Source: Comamonas sp. lk (GTDB lineage Bacteria > Pseudomonadota > Gammaproteobacteria > Burkholderiales > Burkholderiaceae_C). From it: a stretch of DNA of 64,000 bases. Location: positions 2,012 to 66,011 of the forward strand of contig CAMBNY010000005.1 of assembly GCA_945869165.1 (NCBI GenBank), in the 5' to 3' direction. The position numbers were made by a program, and so were the translations under genes. Within the stretch, counting starts at the first letter, position 1. The number at the start of each line of letters is the position of its first letter. The notes under the pieces were generated by a model that ran no database searches, was not told the DNA's origin, and saw only the letters and a list, made by a program, of their open reading frames with translations. Below, piece after piece: positions 60,241 to 64,000 of the stretch.

Positions 60241-60699
60241 ATGCCCCTGACCATGTCTCCCATGCTTTACCGCCTGCTTGCCATCCTTTTTCTGTGGGTG
60301 CTCAGCGGTGCATCGGCTTATGCTTCCCCAGGCGCTGATTGTCTTGGCCATGCATCCCCTAGCGCAGCGCGGCATACAGCGGTACAAGCCTCGCCCCTGC
60401 CCGTCGTGCTCGATTTGGCGAGCCTTCCCTCGAATCCCTTGCAGCTGCAAGCGCGCTTGGCTCCCGCTTCGCGCAGCGCCGATGTGCCCTCACTCACGGA
60501 CGCCGATGACGCTTGCAGCAGTTGCCCTCACTGTGCGGCTTGTTGTTTGAGCGTTGCGCCGCCCATGGTGTTTCGCCTGCCGCTCTTGCCCGCGCCGGCC
60601 GGTGTGCTTTTTCCAGCGCCTGGCTTGGAGCACCGTTCCCCTGATATGGCAGCGCTAGAGCGACCACCGCAGCCAGTACCCACCCGCAAGACAGCCTAG
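60241..60699 (+). CDS. Cys-rich exported leader protein (CopL/DUF2946-like)
   Basis: Signal peptide (start may be 60253 or 60262), CSSCPHCAACC, C-terminal LERPP; first gene of the copper cluster. Confidence 0.6.
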   Translation: MPLTMSPMLYRLLAILFLWVLSGASAYASPGADCLGHASPSAARHTAVQASPLPVVLDLASLPSNPLQLQARLAPASRSADVPSLTDADDACSSCPHCAACCLSVAPPMVFRLPLLPAPAGVLFPAPGLEHRSPDMAALERPPQPVPTRKTA

Positions 60700-60802
60700 C
60701 GCTCGCCGCTAAATCCTGGTCAAGCAGGGTTCGCTGTCTTCCATCCGGTTTTTGCTTACGGGCCTTCGCGCCCGGTGCAATGTCCCATGCAGCGAGGTGA
60801 CT

Positions 60803-61210
60803 ATGAAATCTTATTTTTCTTTTGTACTGTGGCTGGCTGGCTGTGCCGCCACGCCGCTGGCGGCGGCACAAAGCAGCAGCGCAAACGCGCTTGGCGCGCC
60901 GCCCCCTGGCGCATCCTGTAAGCCGGCCTGTCCGGCTACGGCGCCAGGGCATTGTGCTTCTGACGATAGGCAGTTAGCCATCGGCACACCCGACGCGCGG
61001 TTAGCGCAGCCAAACATCCCGCCTTGCGACATCGCAGATATTCCTGGCGGTACCTCGCCCTGGGCGAGCTACCGCCCCTGGCGGGACGAGGCGGTGGGCG
61101 ATTGGCGCCAGGCCAACGCACTCGTAGGGCGTATCGGCGGCTGGCGCACTTACGCACGCGAAGTGGCCCCACCAGCCGATAGCGGAGCACAGCGAAAGAA
61201 CGCACCATGA
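60803..61210 (+). CDS. small exported protein of the copper-resistance operon
   Basis: GAGGTG RBS, signal peptide, C-terminal YRPWRD...WRQANALVGRIGGWRTYARE; overlaps the TolC start. Confidence 0.7.
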   Translation: MKSYFSFVLWLAGCAATPLAAAQSSSANALGAPPPGASCKPACPATAPGHCASDDRQLAIGTPDARLAQPNIPPCDIADIPGGTSPWASYRPWRDEAVGDWRQANALVGRIGGWRTYAREVAPPADSGAQRKNAP

Positions 61211-62625
61211 GTCGCCCCGCATTAAGGGCAACGCTGAGCGCGCTGCTGCTGGCCGTGGTGGCAGGCTGCGCGAGCATCGAACCCTCCAAGGTCCTGACCC
61301 AAACGCAGCAAGACCTGGCCCACTTCGGGCCCACACCGCTGGAGCTTGCTCTCACGCCTGAGCAAGTGGCACAGCGCCGCGCCGCAGCGCAGCGTTTGTT
61401 GGAGCAGCCTTTGCAGCAGGCCGACGCCGTTGGCCTGTCCTTACTCAACAACCCAGCATTGCAGGCCCTATTGGCGCGGGCCATGGCCGATGCAGCGCAA
61501 GCCGCGCAACAAGGCCGTATCGCCAACCCGCGGCTGGGGCTGGAGTGGTCCAGCCTGCTCGATGAAACCGAAATCGCTAGGCGCATCAGTTTTGGTTTGC
61601 TCGATCTCTTGACCCTGCCGCAGCGCCAGGGCTTGGCCGCTGGCGCGGTGCAGCAGGTGCAATTGCAATTGAGCATGGATGTGGTCGAACAAATCAGTGC
61701 CGTACGCCAAGCCTGGGTGAAGGCGGTCGCGGCGCAAGAGGCAACGGCCCATGCCCAGCAGGCGCAAGAGGCCGCAGGTATTGGGGCCCAATTGGCCCGG
61801 CGCATGCAAAACGTGGGCAATATCAGCAAGCTGCAAGCGGCGCGCCAACAACTTTGGTATGCCCAAGCTACGGTTCAACTGGCGCAAGCGCGCGACGAGG
61901 CGCAGTCGGCGCGCGAAGGCCTGGTGCGGGCCCTGGGCTTGGACAGCGTGCAAGCGCAAGCCCTGCGCTTGCCTGCGCGCCTGCCCGATGTGCCCGCCGC
62001 ACCGCGCGAGTTTGATGCAGCCATGGCCCAGGCCTGGCAGACACGCCTGGACTTACGCATGGCCCAAGCGGCCTGGGAATCTGCACAGCAAGCGCGCGCC
62101 TTGGGCCTGTGGACCAGCAGGGGCGACGTGGAAATCGGGCTGCACCATGTGCTGGAACAGGACCCCCACGGCAGCAATGTACGCCGGGGCCTGGAGCTGG
62201 ACATCGCCTTACCACTGTTTGACGACGGCAGCTTGCGCCGGGCCGGGCTCGATGCGCGCAGCTTGGCGCTGGCGCTGCAGGTACAAGCTACCGAACGGCA
62301 AGCCGCTTCCCAGCTGCGCGAGAGCTATGCGCATTACCGCAGCACTTACGAATTAGCGCGCCAGTACCGCGACGAACTGTTGCCCTTGCGCAAAACCATG
62401 TCGGAAGAGACCTTGCTGCGCTACAACGGCATGTTGGTGAGCGTGTTCGATCTATTGGTAGATGCGCAAGAACAAATCACCTTGGTGCGCGCGGCTCTGG
62501 CGGCACAACAGCAATTTTGGTTGGCCGATGCGGCGCTGCAAGCCGCGCTGGTGGGCAAGCCATTGGCGATTGTTCCAGGCATAGGGCAGCCCTTTTCACA
62601 AGGAACTAGCGATGCCGCACATTAA
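61207..62625 (+). CDS. TolC/OEP-family outer-membrane lipoprotein (copper-resistance associated)
   Basis: Lipobox VAGC, NNPALQA, NPRL, LPLFD, LLRYNGMLVSVFDLL. Confidence 0.88.
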   Translation: MSRPALRATLSALLLAVVAGCASIEPSKVLTQTQQDLAHFGPTPLELALTPEQVAQRRAAAQRLLEQPLQQADAVGLSLLNNPALQALLARAMADAAQAAQQGRIANPRLGLEWSSLLDETEIARRISFGLLDLLTLPQRQGLAAGAVQQVQLQLSMDVVEQISAVRQAWVKAVAAQEATAHAQQAQEAAGIGAQLARRMQNVGNISKLQAARQQLWYAQATVQLAQARDEAQSAREGLVRALGLDSVQAQALRLPARLPDVPAAPREFDAAMAQAWQTRLDLRMAQAAWESAQQARALGLWTSRGDVEIGLHHVLEQDPHGSNVRRGLELDIALPLFDDGSLRRAGLDARSLALALQVQATERQAASQLRESYAHYRSTYELARQYRDELLPLRKTMSEETLLRYNGMLVSVFDLLVDAQEQITLVRAALAAQQQFWLADAALQAALVGKPLAIVPGIGQPFSQGTSDAAH

Positions 62626-62688
62626 ATCAAAGGTGCCCAGTAAGGTGATGGCCAATGCATGGGCTATATCTCGTCATGTCGGCGTGAG

Positions 62689-62819
62689 GGGAGGTATGCA
62701 TAAGCCCAAACCCGTCATTGCGAGCGCAGCGAAGCAATCCATCTTGGTTTCTGAATCACGCACTTATAGATCGCCGCGTCGCTGCGCTCCTCGCGATGAC
62801 GGACTTATGAAGAGCGTCA
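62689..62819. mobile_element. MITE-like repeat, copy 3
   Basis: GGGAGGTATGCATAAG...CCGTCATTGCGAGCGCAGCGAAGCAATCC...GATCGCCGCGTCGCTGCGCTCCTCGCGATGACGG-A-CTTATGAAGAGCGTCA. Confidence 0.75.
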
Positions 62820-62862
62820 CTAAGCCTTTCGCCGAAGCAGCCTGCCTAAAGGAATTTTTCCT

Positions 62863-64000
62863 ATGAATACCCGCCGCCATTTTTTCCAAAGCGCTGGCAT
62901 TGCCGGTGGTGCGCTGGCCGCAGCGGCTATCAGCCGCGTGGCCTTGGCCGCCTTGCCTGAACCGGTCTTGCAAAGTGCGCCGGATACCATGCCGCCCCTG
63001 GCCCCTCCCAACGGCCGGCCTTACCGCCCGGTACTGACACTCAACGGTTGGACACTGCCTTGGCGCATGCGCGATGGCGTGAAGGAATTCCATCTGGTGG
63101 CCGAGCCGGTGGTGCGCGAAATGGCGCCCGGCTTTAAGGCGCATTTATGGGGCTACAACGGCCAGTCGCCCGGCCCCACGATTGAAGTGGTGGAGGGCGA
63201 TAGGGTGCGCGTTTATGTGACGAATAAATTGCCCGAGCACACCAGCGTGCATTGGCACGGCCAGCGTTTGCCCAATGGCATGGATGGCGTATCTGGCCTG
63301 AACCAGCCTTCCATCCAACCGGGGAAAACTTTTGTGTACGAATTTGTAGCGCGCAGGCCCGGCACTTTTATGTACCACCCGCATGCCGATGAAATGACGC
63401 AAATGGCCATGGGCATGATGGGCATGTGGGTCACCCATCCCAAAGCGCCGCACCCCTTGATCGACGAGGTAGACCGCGACATTTGTTTTTTGCTCAACGC
63501 CTATGACATCGACCCCGGCAGTTACACGCCGCAAATCATGACTATGCTGGAATTCAATATCTGGAGCTGGAACAGCCGCGTATTTCCGGGCATTGACTCG
63601 ATCAACGTGCGCTATGGCGACAAGGTGCGCATCCGCATGGGCAACCTGACTATGACCAACCACCCGATCCACATCCATGGCCACGAGTTCCAGGTCACCG
63701 GCACCGACGGCGGACCGGTGCCGCACAGCGCGCGCTGGAGCGAGGTGACCACCGACATCGCCGTGGGGCAAATGCGGCAGATTGAATTTGTCGCCGACGA
63801 AGAAGGCGACTGGGCATTCCATTGCCACAAAAGCCACCACACCATGAACGCCATGGGCCACAAAATTCCTACGCTTATTGGTGTTGACCACAGCGGGCTG
63901 GCCGGTCGTATTCGCCAACTGATACCGGACTACATGGTCATGGGCGAGCGCGGCATGGCCGACATGGCCGAAATGGAAATGCCCTTACCCGACAACACGG
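62863..64000 (+). CDS. Tat-exported multicopper oxidase (runs off the window)
   Basis: Not in the ORF track. Manual translation: MNTRRHFF (Tat), WGYNGQSPGPTIE, SVHWHG, MYHPH, HPIHIHGH, FHCHKSHHTMNAM. Confidence 0.93.
   Translation, partial: MNTRRHFFQSAGIAGGALAAAAISRVALAALPEPVLQSAPDTMPPLAPPNGRPYRPVLTLNGWTLPWRMRDGVKEFHLVAEPVVREMAPGFKAHLWGYNGQSPGPTIEVVEGDRVRVYVTNKLPEHTSVHWHGQRLPNGMDGVSGLNQPSIQPGKTFVYEFVARRPGTFMYHPHADEMTQMAMGMMGMWVTHPKAPHPLIDEVDRDICFLLNAYDIDPGSYTPQIMTMLEFNIWSWNSRVFPGIDSINVRYGDKVRIRMGNLTMTNHPIHIHGHEFQVTGTDGGPVPHSARWSEVTTDIAVGQMRQIEFVADEEGDWAFHCHKSHHTMNAMGHKIPTLIGVDHSGLAGRIRQLIPDYMVMGERGMADMAEMEMPLPDNT

Overview
GC-rich betaproteobacterial chromosome segment; gene content and protein style suggest Comamonadaceae (Rhodoferax-like), which is an inference. 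Housekeeping blocks: ferredoxin-coaD-rsmD, rlmI, htpX, pyrC, spoT/greB, ftsY, yajC-secDF, dprA/def/fmt, azlCD and pgk. Accessory modules between them: an AT-rich two-gene islet; a divergent 2-aminoethylphosphonate catabolic cluster (phnW | GntR-phnA-phnY-phnZ-EamA) in which phnW heads a gamma-glutamylation operon (GS-like ligase, Fe-ADH, gamma-glutamyl hydrolase, ALDH); a Phd-VapC toxin-antitoxin pair; a BigR/SqrR-persulfide dioxygenase-YeeE-SulP sulfur module; a Liv-type ABC/acyl-CoA ligase operon with duplicated binding proteins; and the start of a copper-resistance operon. Best leads: (1) the phnW/glutamylation coupling; (2) three copies of a ~130 bp MITE with IS5-like ends around a REP-like hairpin; (3) a candidate sRNA whose upstream 18-mer recurs exactly 30 kb away, upstream of a LysM-less TsaP-like gene and dprA; (4) a Cys-rich ERPP-tailed leader protein ahead of the copper operon. 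No rRNA, tRNA, CRISPR array, transposase or integrase was recognised. All family assignments are from motif recognition by eye, with no database search.
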